A DNA stretch of 64,000 nt from Raillietiella orientalis (taxonomy: Eukaryota), in assembly GCA_036172245.1 (NCBI GenBank), contig JAYWIR010000002.1, positions 6,262,001-6,326,000 on the forward strand, written 5' to 3'. Below the pieces are notes generated by a model. The model was not told where the DNA came from. It worked only from the letters and a program-made list of their open reading frames with translations, and made no database searches. Position 1 is the stretch's first letter; each line of letters begins with the position of its first letter. Of the stretch, positions 24,346-36,499 are shown piece by piece. The translations under genes and the position numbers were made by a program.

Positions 24346-25590
24346 ATGTCAAGCTTTAGTGAGGCTGCTTTAGAGAAAAAGTTACATGAGTTAAATAATT
24401 CCCAACAAAGCATACAGACTTTATCATTGTGGTTAATTCATCATAGAAAACATTACAATAACATTGTAAAAGTATGGTTCAAGCAGCTTTTGACAGGTAG
24501 GTAGTTAAAGAAAGCTTGTATTTCCATTTCTATTTGCTTCAGATGGTTTTGCTATCTGTTTTAGTGAAACCAGAAAAAAAACTGACATTTCTCTATTTGG
24601 CCAATGATGTGATCCAGAATAGCAAAAAAAAAGGTCCTGAATTTGGGAAAGAATTTGCTCAGTGCCTGAAAAAAGTTTTTGATCATATTGGAAAACTGCA
24701 TCCTGATGAAAAAACAACTCATGGAATTTTGCGTTTGATGCAGATTTGGGAAGAAAGAAACATCTATGATGAACCTATTATTTCTGATTTCAAGAGTATT
24801 TGGTCTCGTCACATGGGTAGTACTCCTGACTCGCAAAGTCGTACTCGGTTTGCTGATGAAGCAACCTCTGAAGCAGAAACACCCAGCAAGAAGGCGAAGT
24901 TGGATCGACATGAGATTAAAGAGGCTAAGGTGCATTCTACGGATCCGGAAGTCACTGTGGTTTTATCACCTAGTTCACCTTCAGATGAGCCTCCCGAACC
25001 AGAAGAGCTCATCCAACTGTTAAGAGTAATTACATCAATTGTCTTGGATAGTTTCATATACCTCTTTGATAGGAATTGCAGAGTGCAGCATCTGGAGATG
25101 CAGCAACTCGGGAACGTATATTTCAGTTTCCCCCTGAAATTTCAGATGCATCTCTATTATCAAAGTTACAAGGTGACTATATCTAATGGCTGTTGCCATT
25201 TCATTTTTGATTTTCAGATAAGAATACAGCAGAGTCTCTTCTTCAGCAAGTGAATGAAGCTCTGGCAATTTTAGTAGCTTATAATGGACGGCTAGTTGCT
25301 GAACTTGAAGATCGTATGAAATTAGAAAAGATGTTAAAGGCATATACAAAAATGCAGCAGGATCTGTTGATACAGGCAGAACAGCGTTTAGAGGTATTCA
25401 TTGTATTGTTAAGGCTTAATCTCATTTGGATTTTATGCAGGAATATAAAGAGAAGCTTCATCATGTGTGTCAAGTACACCAGGAATTACGCAATCATCTC
25501 CAGAGTCTACCAGATCTTACTAAACTACCTGATGTTACTGGAGGACTGCGTCCTCTCCCATCCGCAGGTGATCTGTTCAGCTTGAGTTAG
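24346..25590 (+). CDS. RPRD1B: Regulation of nuclear pre-mRNA domain-containing protein 1 (RPRD1A/B, CREPT; CID + coiled coil). Exons 24346-24496, 24565-25025, 25073-25172, 25218-25393, 25441-25590; 345 aa
   Basis: MSSFSEAALEKKLHELNNSQQSIQTLSLWLIHHRKH; KLTFLYLANDVIQNSKKKGPEF; IWEERNIY; LQSAASGDAATRERI; YNGRLVAELEDR; C-terminal SLPDLTKLPDVTGGLRPLPSAGDLFS. All introns are GT-AG and phase-consistent. Confidence 0.95.
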
Positions 25591-25648
25591 AATGCAGTGT
25601 AACTCTATTACTCTGGTGTTTATGCAGCAGATAAAAGATTTTCATCTA

Positions 25649-25654
25649 AATAAA
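25649..25654 (+). promoter_or_regulatory. Candidate polyadenylation signal of RPRD1-like gene
   Basis: AATAAA ~60 nt after the TAG, followed by a T/GT-rich tract (tttgtttttgtgg). Confidence 0.55.
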
Positions 25655-27749
25655 ACATTTATCTTTGTTTTTGTGGTTCAGGGATTAATCCCAGAATAAT
25701 AGCAGTGTTAATCAAATGTATCCCCATGCTTCATCAAAGCTGCATTTTATTTGTGAGCCTTGATGATACTGAGTTCTGCTGTCTGCTAGTTTTTTGCATG
25801 ATTACAAGTCAGTAGTTGCTATCTGACATTATTTTATTCAGACTTAAAGATGTAATGTGTTCTTAATACGTAGTGCATAAGTAATCATGTCATAAGAAAA
25901 AAAAACACCTGTTGTACAAACGTTTATAATTGTTTAGAACTCATCTTCAATTTTTCAATAATACAGTTCGTGTGTAACCAGTCATCAATTGTTTGACCCA
26001 AATGAAAAGATAGCATCCTATGAAGGGAGAAGTGGAAATATGAAAAGTCATGACCTATGGTATCTTTTTCTCCTTGTTCCAAACCATGTAAATTAACACT
26101 TTTGGCGTTGAGGGAGCATTTGGAAGGAAGTAATGCATTTTATACATAAAAAAAAAAAAAAAAGATTCGTGATGCTGCTTGGTTTTGGTATATCATAGAA
26201 ACACTCAATATTTGTCAGTGATGCTGAAGAAGGTGGGATCCTATGGTCTTCCCTTCAAGGAAGGTTTTCTTCTTTCCCTTCAGTAATGAAATGCTGTCGA
26301 GAAATCAATGAAATAACGTAAAATAATTCAATCAATTTTAACAGATGTGAATTCGGCTACAATGAAAATGTTTTCTCTAATGATGTGACTCAATCAGTAG
26401 TAGTCTGAAGCAAAATTATGAAAATGAGATTCATTCTGGTTTGCAACGAGAATTTGAGATTTTTATGTTCTCAAATCGAAGGAAGCATTTAAATTGTTCA
26501 GTTTACTGAATGTGGAGTTTACCATGTCAAGCCTCTGTGCTTTGTTTTGCCAAATGAGTCGTTGGCTAAGGAAAATGTTGAGAAAAACTAGCTCACCATG
26601 AACATGCTAAAGAAAAGCAGAAATAAAACCTTCTGCGATAAAATATCCATCTAGTGAAAGTTGAAAATCTTTGTTCAGTCCGAGTCTAAAGATGCACCAT
26701 CAAATGGAAATCTGAAAATTTTTGTTGAGTTAAAAATTTTACTTTTACTCCTGAGAAATTCTACAGCATTTATGTTCCAAGATCCAGCCATTAATCAGGC
26801 CTTTTTATGTTACATTTTCAATGGTTGACATCACTTTATTGAATAGTTAATTCATTTTCGATGGCTAGTAAGTAAACCTCAGTTCAGTTTTCGTGTTGGG
26901 TAGCTCGAAATTTAATGCCAGTATTGGGGTGTGAGTTGTAAGGGCTGAATACTTATGTTACGAAATCCATACGTTATGACAAATAAATGCATTCAATTGT
27001 ATGAGGAATGTTGAATCCCATGCTTCATGTAAGCGATATCATCAATATGCCAAAGAACTGTTTTGCGACTCATGAATTATTTAAAAAAAAAAAATTCCAT
27101 TTCCAAATATGCATTTGTGGGTGAAACTCGATCATCTGGATTCGGAAGCCACGATGTCCCCACGATGAGCGTTTCGTGCCACAATGAGTTTTCCATAATG
27201 GAAAATCCATTGTGCCTTTCTGGTAGGCGTGGCTTCGTGTGCACCATTCTTTTGCCCTCAAGATGTATGCTGCGTGGCTCTTACTGAAACTTCATCGGAT
27301 GCTAATTACACAAATCCATCCAGACGATCCAAAATGTATGATGGGAGCATTTTATCGACAATAAAGCGATGCTTGAAATAAGTTTGTTCCTACGTCGATT
27401 CCCTCATTGCCTGTGTTCTCTGTCCACTTTTTCCTCCCCCCTCCAAAAGGTTCTCATAGAGTAATTTTATCCACAGTTTAGAAAATGATGGATTTTTCGC
27501 TTTCATTCTCAGATTGTTAAGGAAAGATGGCACCGTCTACACGTCCAATGCAACCGACCTTTGTCTTTTGCTACGTGAAATTTGCTTTACTGCATGATGC
27601 ATTTCCGTGGTGATGGCACTTTCATGCATCAGGCAACGGTTGCCTTAGTAACGCGGATAGTCACAACCTTGATCTTCAGGAATCACACGGGGGAGCAGCC
27701 ACTTCGACAGCACTGGTCGTAGTCGTGAAAGGAAGAAGGAAAGAAAGAT

Positions 27750-30700
27750 AAGATCAACTACAGATTTGCCAGCCAAAACTTTCATTCTGAAGAGCCTTGA
27801 AATAAATCTTTTTACGGACGTTTCGTTGCTATGCAAAAATATTGATCCTTTTTTCAGAAAATGGGTGAGATGGAACTGCAATCGAATCGGTCTTGGGAAC
27901 CCGTAGCGATCCTGCCTATAAGCGTTCCCGAATCGCAGTATTGATTCGAAAGCGAAGCTTTGGCTCCAGAATTTTTCCTACAAATGGTAAATAGCTCTTA
28001 GGGTGTTGTGCTCCATAGGTGTATTCAGATAGGCGTGAACTACGCCTCTCGGGTGACCACTCAAAGGTTTCCAGTCCCATCGACCATTCAAAAGGTCGAT
28101 GAGGCTTGAACTGTATCTTTGTGGTCTGTCTTTTGCAATCGAATTCTCCCATGAGTCTCGAATAAGAGTTAATTTGCACTTGCAAATTCTCTAAGGTTAC
28201 TTGCTGAGATCAAAATAACTCCAATGTGGATCGGCTCCCACCTTATCTCAGCAACCTTTAACGCGGAGGAAAGATATGAAGAGATGTATTCCAAACTATT
28301 TGTACATTCTTTCATTTTCTTTTTTTTTGAAAATGATTTTTCCTTAGCACTCGATGAAACGATACTGAGTGGGAATTCCTAGTTGACTTTTTTTTTTTTT
28401 TTTTTATCACGCTTGAAGCGGATGCTCTTTTCCTGCCAGCTGGAACACCCATGCTAATTTTATCATCAAGTGTTCTTCATTATTATGAAATTTTTAACGA
28501 TTAAGTGAAAGAATCGTCAGAAGACCCAACAAATAATTGCAAGATTGTGCCCATCGAGAATCTTTGTGTGTGTGTGTGAGAAAGAGAGAGAGAGAGAGAG
28601 AGGGAGGGAGAGACTTTGCTCGCATGGTGTTTCTGAATTTGAGGCGCTCGTGGATCTTAGGATGATCCCCGTGAGATAATGCCAAAAAGGATTTTCCTGG
28701 AGGACTATTTGTCGCGCGTATTCTTCCCGAAAGCAATTCTAGCTCGAATCCAGCCTCACTGGCTTCGTTCAGGGACTGCAGGAAGCAGGAGAAACCTGTG
28801 TGCGGTTACCTCTCCGATCACTTTCTGGCAGGTACATTCGACGGCAGGAGAGCGTGCAGAGGAACCGCAGACGTCGGAACAGTTTCGCAAAGCCAGACGT
28901 CACTCGCGAGGGAAGCATCCGAAAATAACTGAATCCCTTTTTTCTTTCACTCCATGGGTCAGTGGATTCTTGAGGAGAATTCTACAAATCCATAACCTCA
29001 ACAGGAATCCCCGGTCCAAGGGAACATCCACTCCACGACCTCGCGAGATCTTAGATGAAGCTGTTTTCCACTGAAAGACTGGGGACCCTTCATTTTGGGG
29101 ACTATTGCGTTCCTTCGCTGCCAAGAACTAGGGATTTGCACATGATCGGGAAAGCGCATCACTTGAGGAGACTCCGCGGCACTTTACAGATGATTTCTAA
29201 AGCTGCCCGGGTTCCTCCGCACTTCAAAGCACCAGTAGAGGGAAGGTCAGGTGCAGTCGTATCATCTCATATTCCGGCCCAAAGTCCGCTGGAACTGTTT
29301 TCCGAAAACAAACAACCCCTCGGGACATGTGATTTTGCACCCCCCCTCCCCGTCCCTTGATGTACCAACGAGAATTCTCACAGATCACCTGCGCTGTCTC
29401 TGGGCGCGACTGTCCCTCGTTGAAACCGTTGAAGCGCACTGTGCTCTCACGTGTGATTCCATTTGTACTTTGGGAATGCCTTGAGGGGTACGGTCTCCGT
29501 AGGCTCCAAACAAGTAGGAGCACACTGTTTGGACAAACAAGGTGCAGTCGAGGCGCAGGGACCTATTAGGACGAAAATCTAATCTTCGCGGACACTCGAT
29601 CAGTGGCGCTGGACGGAGTGAGAGCTGTGAGTGAAATCTTGATCTAACTCGAACCACGGAGACTCCAGTTGCGTTGAAGAGTTCGGCACGAGAGGGTCAC
29701 AGGTACACCGAATCCCACGCCTTCCGTACCAAACACACCGCATTTCTCCGAAGAGCAGCAGCCGAGGGCGCGCTTTTTCCGCAGTGGAACAAAGTTGCCT
29801 ACCACTAAGCGACGAGTAATTAAGAACTCCTTCTTCATTAAAGAAAAACGATTGCAATGGATCAATTTATTCTTCTTATCAAATAATATTTATAAATTGT
29901 TATGTTTTCCAAAATTTTCTCGTTCCAATTATGTATGCATCATACCAAAACTATACAAAGTGCAGAAAACTATACAAACTATCAAATAGAATACAGTTTT
30001 TGCATCATACAAAAACTGTACAAACTATTCAATGTGTAGAAACTATACAACTTCCAGCAATCCATCACAGTCAAGTGAAGAATTATTTAGATATGTTTCC
30101 CATATTTGAGATTCTTATTTCTGAGGCGCTTCCTATATACGAGCAATATAAAATTCGTAGATTTGTATGGAGCCAACATTTTGCATGACCCAGCTTATTG
30201 CTAAAATTCTTCTCCTTGATCTTCATAATCACAAGCAGGAGCTGATGACGGCGTGCTCGATAGGCCACTACAAACACTTACCTGATCACAGTGATCTATT
30301 TCAGGAAGTAGAGGAAGCGCTCCTTTGCCTTTCGCCGAAGAACGAAAAATTCTTCGCTTACGAATCTCTCCTCAAGAGTTTTCCAAGTGATTAAGGGCTG
30401 CACACGCATAACGTTTTTTGGCTCCGAGAACGTTCTTCTGTAAAGCTCGTTCGTATATGGGAATCCTCGGTCGAATCAACTTGGCTGTGAAATTTTCGCT
30501 CAAACCAGCACGAAGCTCTTGCGATGCTTTTTACTTAATTTTCGTCCCGGTTCACGGGCTCTTTTCTTGGCATTCTCGAAAAGAGGAGATTTTGTTCCTT
30601 CCCAGTGCTCGCCTCCCGCCTTTCAGAGTCAACAATTTTCATAGCTGCATAATTCAGATCTTCTTGCCAAGCAGAATCAAATATCCATTCATCTGATTAG

Positions 30701-32450
30701 ATGAAAACCTTTTTTTTTCCTCTCCAGCCAAAAGAGACAAAAGAGCCTTCTTTGCTGCCTGATGAACGCCAAGAGCTCTTTGGTGCTTTTTGAAATTCCT
30801 CGTGAGCTCGCAACGCATACTTCTTTGCATCAAAGAGTTTGTTTCTTCCAGTTCTCCACACGAGAAATATAACTTTTCGTGGAACCTTGTCAGCCGGGGA
30901 TCAAAAATCTGGACTGCCCTATGCTCGGAGGAAATCAGAACCACTTCACCGTTTGGAATTACGGAACCCCAGCAGCGGTGGTCCCTAAATTCTCAGTTAC
31001 AAAGCGAGGAGGCAGCGATAAGAAGAGTGAAGCGAGCGGCGTGATGGAAAAGAATGCGATTTTGACGTGCAAATTAGCTGAGAGGGGCCACTGCTTGCCA
31101 GTAAGTCAGGTAGACAACGTGGAACGTGGAAATTCAATACAGGGGCGGAGGGAATCGATACGCTTCAGGGATCACGGTGTCACAGCATTATTGAAAAGAT
31201 GGCGGTACGCAGCTTCCGAAGCACTGGAGTAACCAACTTACCAAGGAACGCGAGTGAGCTAGAAATCATGTCACAGCACAGCAAGCACAGCATTCAGGAT
31301 CCACGGGTGCAACCAGTATTGGCTGTCGTCTGGATTGAAATGCCAAGCAAATGCTTCACTGATGCTTTTAGAATGACATGCATTATTTACAAAGTCTCTG
31401 CCTTTTTTCTTTGGAGGGAGGTTCACTAAAAGCGACGTTCCTGAGTGTTTATGATGAGATAAAGCTGACGAGATTTGGGAAGTGTTTTCCTTGCTTGCAG
31501 GCAAATGATTCTGAGGAGTCTCAGAAGGGAGGCAGCAAGTTGACATCAGGCTTGCATTCGTAAACTGGCAAGGTATTTTTGGATACGGCTCTTGTTGCTT
31601 CCAAATTATCTTCAATTCCAAACAAGGAAAAGTCAATTGAAGATGGAGAACCAGTATACACTGTTTGCTACTTCTTATCCAAAGACTTTGCAGATGGATA
31701 TTTTAGAATACTGAATGGATCCAAATATTTATTACACGAAGTGCTTGGGCTACAATCTTCACTACTAGAGGTATGAAAACTTGATGATACACCAGAATCA
31801 GAAATCTTGAGAAATGGGTGACATTAAGCACTGAGAGGAACAGTTCACACGTGCTTCTGATGGCGTAAATGCATGTCTGAATTCCTTCTTCGAAGTAGTT
31901 CCTGCAAGCAACCAACCATTCATAGTTTGATTAAGAGTTTTAAAACCAGAATTTCATCAGTTGCGCCTAATCCTGATTTGTGGGATAGCTGATTAACATC
32001 ATCATATTCTTCAAGATTTTCTGGAAGGTATGTAACCGTCTGATTTCCCGATGCCATCCATATTCTACTCATGTCTGCTTTTTCCCAACTGTGAATAGCA
32101 GCTTTTAGAACTTCTTTTTTTTGATGCCTTTGGCATTTTTCTGCGTCAATTCCATTAACAGTTTAGTGTCAACTATTCCAGTCTCCACCATGTTTTGCAT
32201 TTCTTGGAACCCCCTATGCATGCATCAGAGCCAGGATTGCCCACGAACCAAGGCTGACCAGTTGTTGTGTAACGAACATATCAACTTGCCTGTGGGGTTG
32301 GGTCAGCTTTGATTGCAAAGAGCATGGAAGATCTTCAAGTGCTTTATCCGATCTGATTTTTTTCAGCTCTTCAGCATTTTGTTCGAGTTTATGTTTCCAA
32401 ATGGATGGATGGCGAGAACTTCTCCGCTCATTCCTGGCAGGGAATCCCCG
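27750..32450 (-). mobile_element. Heavily decayed, near full-length L1/Tx1-clade LINE (putative ORF1 remnant, APE endonuclease, RT, zf-RVT)
   Basis: Minus-strand motifs in canonical order across stops and frameshifts: KPDVNLL (~31540) and KRIDS (~31160) endonuclease-like; LAGEEKKRF linker (~30720); KGALPLLPE then AYRARRHQLLLVIMKIKEKNFSNKL (~30330-30190, cf. NYRPISLLNVDYKILAKILANRL); SVRED*IFVL (~29590, cf. YADD); FQWKTASSKISR..VPLDRG (~29075-29005); HPKSYLPFVGKILEPKL (~28000). Confidence 0.55.
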
Positions 32451-33779
32451 ATCCGGAAGAGGCGACGGGTTCGAAGGTAAACGCTGCATGCCGCAAGACC
32501 GAACTGACTGGGTTGGCTGAAGCATTTCCTATCACAGGAAGAACGGTGAGTAAGCAGAGAGGAAAGGAGAGGGAAAGACTGGTCGTGGATGCTTGAAATC
32601 GTGTGTTTCCAGGAAAGCGGAACTTTTCACAGCAAACACTGCTTGTGGCCAAAGAGTTTCCACGCGCCAGGGTCTCGTGGAGGGGAAGCGATCCCAGCGC
32701 TGGGCCGCATGACCACTTGCGGCGCCGCTTTCGGAGAGCTCATGGAGTCGGAAGTAGGGAGTAGTCGGCGAGGCCATCACCAGCCAGCTTGCGTTCCTTG
32801 AGTACTCGCGCTGTTCCAGAGAAGTTCCGCCGACGCGGCTGGGAAGTCAGGTTGAAAATCGGTCCCCCCGCTTTCGTTTTCTGGAGGCGCTGGCCGCCTG
32901 AGGAGCGGGTTCGAGGCAAGGGGTCATCGGTTCGGTCGATCGGAAAGAGAGATGCACCACGCACGGAGGAAGAGTCGTGAGGGTGAGGCAAGCTTCCGTG
33001 TCGGCAAAATGGTCGCTGCTTGTCCGCACTTCTCCCGCAACCCCGAGGACACCCCACGGGTCAGGCACCAATGAGCAGAGCAGCCCCACCTCCGAGTAGT
33101 CAAAACACCGCAGTAAAGGCGCAGCCCAAACGCGCTCGCGCAAACGGTGCCGGCGCCATATGTGCACCATGCATGAACAATCAGAGGGACGGCGACCGGG
33201 AGCACGCGCCACAGAATCACGCGGGAATCTCCGTGAAAACCGAACAACCGGGTTCAGGAGATGAGCTGTCTGGGAAACGGAGAAGGTGGGAAGCAGGTTC
33301 CAGGCTGAGCTGCGGAGAGCGAGGTCCCCGCGGAGCGACGGATGAACTCGTCGGTGTGGGAGTTTGTCCCGTGGCGCTGCCGGAGCCGTCCTCGCCGCGG
33401 AAGACCACTTGCGACTCCTACGTTTCGCAGGTCATCTCAATGGCCGCAAAGAGTTGTTGCTCTCGCGGGAGCCAAGCTCTGCGGCCTCCCTCCAGTTGCA
33501 GACTCCCCTTCCCCCGACCCTTCCTCCCGTTTCCGCTCCTGTAGAGGAGGTTCGCACTCCTTCGTGGCGTTGCTCCCGAAACACGTCGAAGAGGCCGCTG
33601 CAACTGCCCCACGCATCGCAAAAGAGGGGCTTCGCATTCCTCGCTGGGCACCTTCGGCTGCAGCGCGGGGATGAGGGATGACCATCGTTCACAGATTCCT
33701 TTTTTCCGGCTGCTCTCTCTGCTTTCTCGCCAAGTGTGGAAGAGCCGTCCGCCTCCTTGTAGGAGGGGGAAGAGACTCA

Positions 33780-34270
33780 CGAAGATCTTTGACGCTGCCT
33801 CACTTCACCCGAGGATGCGTGTCAACTCTTCCAGGTACAGGAACCACCCTATGAATCCAGGAAAGATACGGAGGAAGGAGTCCTTTCCTCTCACGTTTGG
33901 GAGGAAACCACCTCTTCCTGATTATCTCTGGAGGGACCCCCCAGAAAAGATCCGTTCCCTGCCTCCTTCTCTTCTAGAGAGAATCCCCCGAAGGGACGCT
34001 CCCCAGTTTCTCTTAAGGGAGCTTGCTGACACTCTGGGGAGGCGATCCTCCGGAGGGGTGTATATATCAACCAGCTCCATGGTGAGACTCCATTTTCACA
34101 ACTCGAGGGGGGTCCCGAAGAAAACCGGCACTCCCTGGTTCCTGAAAGGAACTCCAGGGTCAAATTCTGTTCCCAGAGACCAGCCAATGGAGTCATCCTG
34201 GGGTTTGCTGCTTCCACCAGTGACGCCACACCTGAAGCCCATATGGTCAACCAGCGCCATCCTATAGGGG
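33780..34270 (-). mobile_element. Decayed L1/Tx1 ORF2 fragment (end of RT / thumb)
   Basis: Minus frame VPFRNQGVPVFFGTP (cf. PFKYLGVP) followed by SLQR*SGRGGFLPNVR (cf. l..p...GGlglpdlr). Confidence 0.35.
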
Positions 34271-35219
34271 GGACTCGAAACCTATGATGCAACCTCCGTT
34301 CATGGCGTCGATCCATGCCTCCGGACTGGATTCGAACCCGCGATGCCTCCCTCTGCTCATTAGCGCTGTGCACGAGGGAGCAGCCGGTCTCTTTTGGTCA
34401 CCTGCCGTTTGTTCCTCGAGGAGGGCAGCATCTCCGCGGCTTCTTTCAGAACTCGCAGACGAGACGTGCGGTAACCTGGGAAGACCGAGATCGCCGCTCT
34501 ACCTACGATGCTGATGAATAAAGGCAACTCTGCCCCCCTTCCCCCCACTGCCCAGCGGCGGCCGAAGCCGAGAGCTGGCATCCCACGTTCATCTTCGCAC
34601 TCTCCGCTTCGCATCTCGGAACCGGGCGGGAAGAGGACACGTTCCCTTCAGGAAGGCGGTGCGGAGGGTCTCGGGAACGTCGGATCCAAGAGCCTGAAGC
34701 TGCTTCCCAGAGGACGTAGCCTCAGGAGATGGCGTTCCTTCTCGCGCGAACTCTTCGGGCGAGCAAGGGCGTACGCGGGCTCCGAAGCAGCGATTCACCC
34801 ACAATCATGCCGAACCGTATCGTACCGTACGCATTCGGATGGCTGCGTCACTTCACTTTCCCCAATACGGCCTGATCTGATTCTCTTCCGGGAGCCATTT
34901 TTAACGAAGGGAAGCAGACAGGCAGACGACCCACGGCGGCCCCGTCCGACGTCCTCGACCAACCGCTCGCTGATTGCCACTCGGGCATTCCGCCCTTAAT
35001 GGAGACGCGCACTGGCAGGGAATAATCCGATCGCACACGGGAGGCTGCAAGAGGAGAAAGAAGGAGGCTGTGCGAATGGCAGGGGCCTGATTTCTCGAAA
35101 CGGACGGAGGCACCTGCGGCACTTGGGCTTTGGGCCGAACAGCATCCGTCTCTCGGGAAACGGCTCTTCCTCCACGGGGGGAACGAAGGCGGAACAAAGC
35201 AAGGAGGACGCAAAGCGAG

Positions 35220-35760
35220 GTGAAGTGAAATGAACTGAAAGGAAATAAAACAAATACACGGAATAAATAAAATAAAACAGAACAAACAAACAAACTAACC
35301 AATGAAATGAATAAATGAATAAATAAGCGGATAAATAAAAAAAGGTGAGGCAAAGTAAAATAAAAGGCAAGATAAGATAAAAAAATAAGATAAGATAAAA
35401 TAAATAAAATGAGATAAGGAGAGGTAAAATAAAATAAAAAAAAGATAAGATGAAATAAAACTATTAAAGGATATAATATATTATATAATTTCCTTCCGCT
35501 ATAAGATAATATATTATATTACTTCCTTTCCTTTTATTTTATTTTATTACATTTCATTTTCTTTTATTTTACTTCATCTTATCTTTGATTTTATTTTATT
35601 TTACCTCATCTTATTTTATCTATTTTATTTCATCCCACCATGTTTCTTTTACCTTACCTTGTCATGCTTTATTTATTTGCTTATTTACTTTATCGATCAT
35701 AACATAACACAACAGAACAGCACATAACATAACAGAATAGAATAGAACAGAATAGAAGGT
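35220..35760. repeat. AT-rich pentamer-based low-complexity tract with inverted (foldback) arrangement
   Basis: An A-rich AAAAT/AAGAT arm (~35220-35465), a central TA-rich spacer, a T-rich ATTTT/ATCTT arm (~35525-35695), then (AACAT/AATAG)n. Confidence 0.8.
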
Positions 35761-36499
35761 GAAGTGGCAGCTGCACATCCGTGCTGCGCACCGCCAGCCG
35801 CAGGCGGGCCGAGCGGAGGGTTTCGGTCAGCGCCGGCTTCGGGATGGCCCAGGACGCAGCAGTGGTTTCGCGGGATCGATGATGATGACCCTCTCTTCAG
35901 CTCTGGGAGTCGGCAATTCTCCCTTTGCCTTTCCCTTTCTCTTTATGGCTCCGGCGATGCTCGCCGCCTTCCAAACAAGTTCTTCGACGGACGAGAGGAA
36001 GGGAAAAGTCCCGGCAAACTCGTTTGATGCGGCACCGACTCTTTCCCGTCCGCGAGCACGATGATCTCATTAGGTCGAAAACTTCGAGTTGAAGAGGAGC
36101 CCCGTTGAAGTTTCCCGGCCTCCTCCCGCCGATTTCATTCATCATTAGCGGTGGGGGCAGGGACAAGTTGGGAGACGCGACGAAAGTTCTTTTTAACCCG
36201 CGTAGGGGAGGCCGAGCTCCGAACGGCACGACGAAAAGGAAATGCGGCCACGGTAACTTCCGGAATGGACATCGGAAATTACCATCGGGAAGCGTCGGAA
36301 GCTCGTCGTCCGAAAGTAATCCGATCAGTTACGGGAAACTGATTTCCCGGACCGGGAGGGCGGTGCGGAGAGTCCTCTGACGCAAACGGAGCAAAATGAC
36401 AACAACAACAACGACGACGACGACGGCGACGACGAAAAGAATAACAGTGACGTCTCGTTGAAAGCGGAGCCGCGCACGTGCTGCAGGCCGCGACATCCG

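Noticed and set aside
34320..34406. tRNA gene
   Set aside because: Has a B-box but no convincing A-box or cloverleaf.
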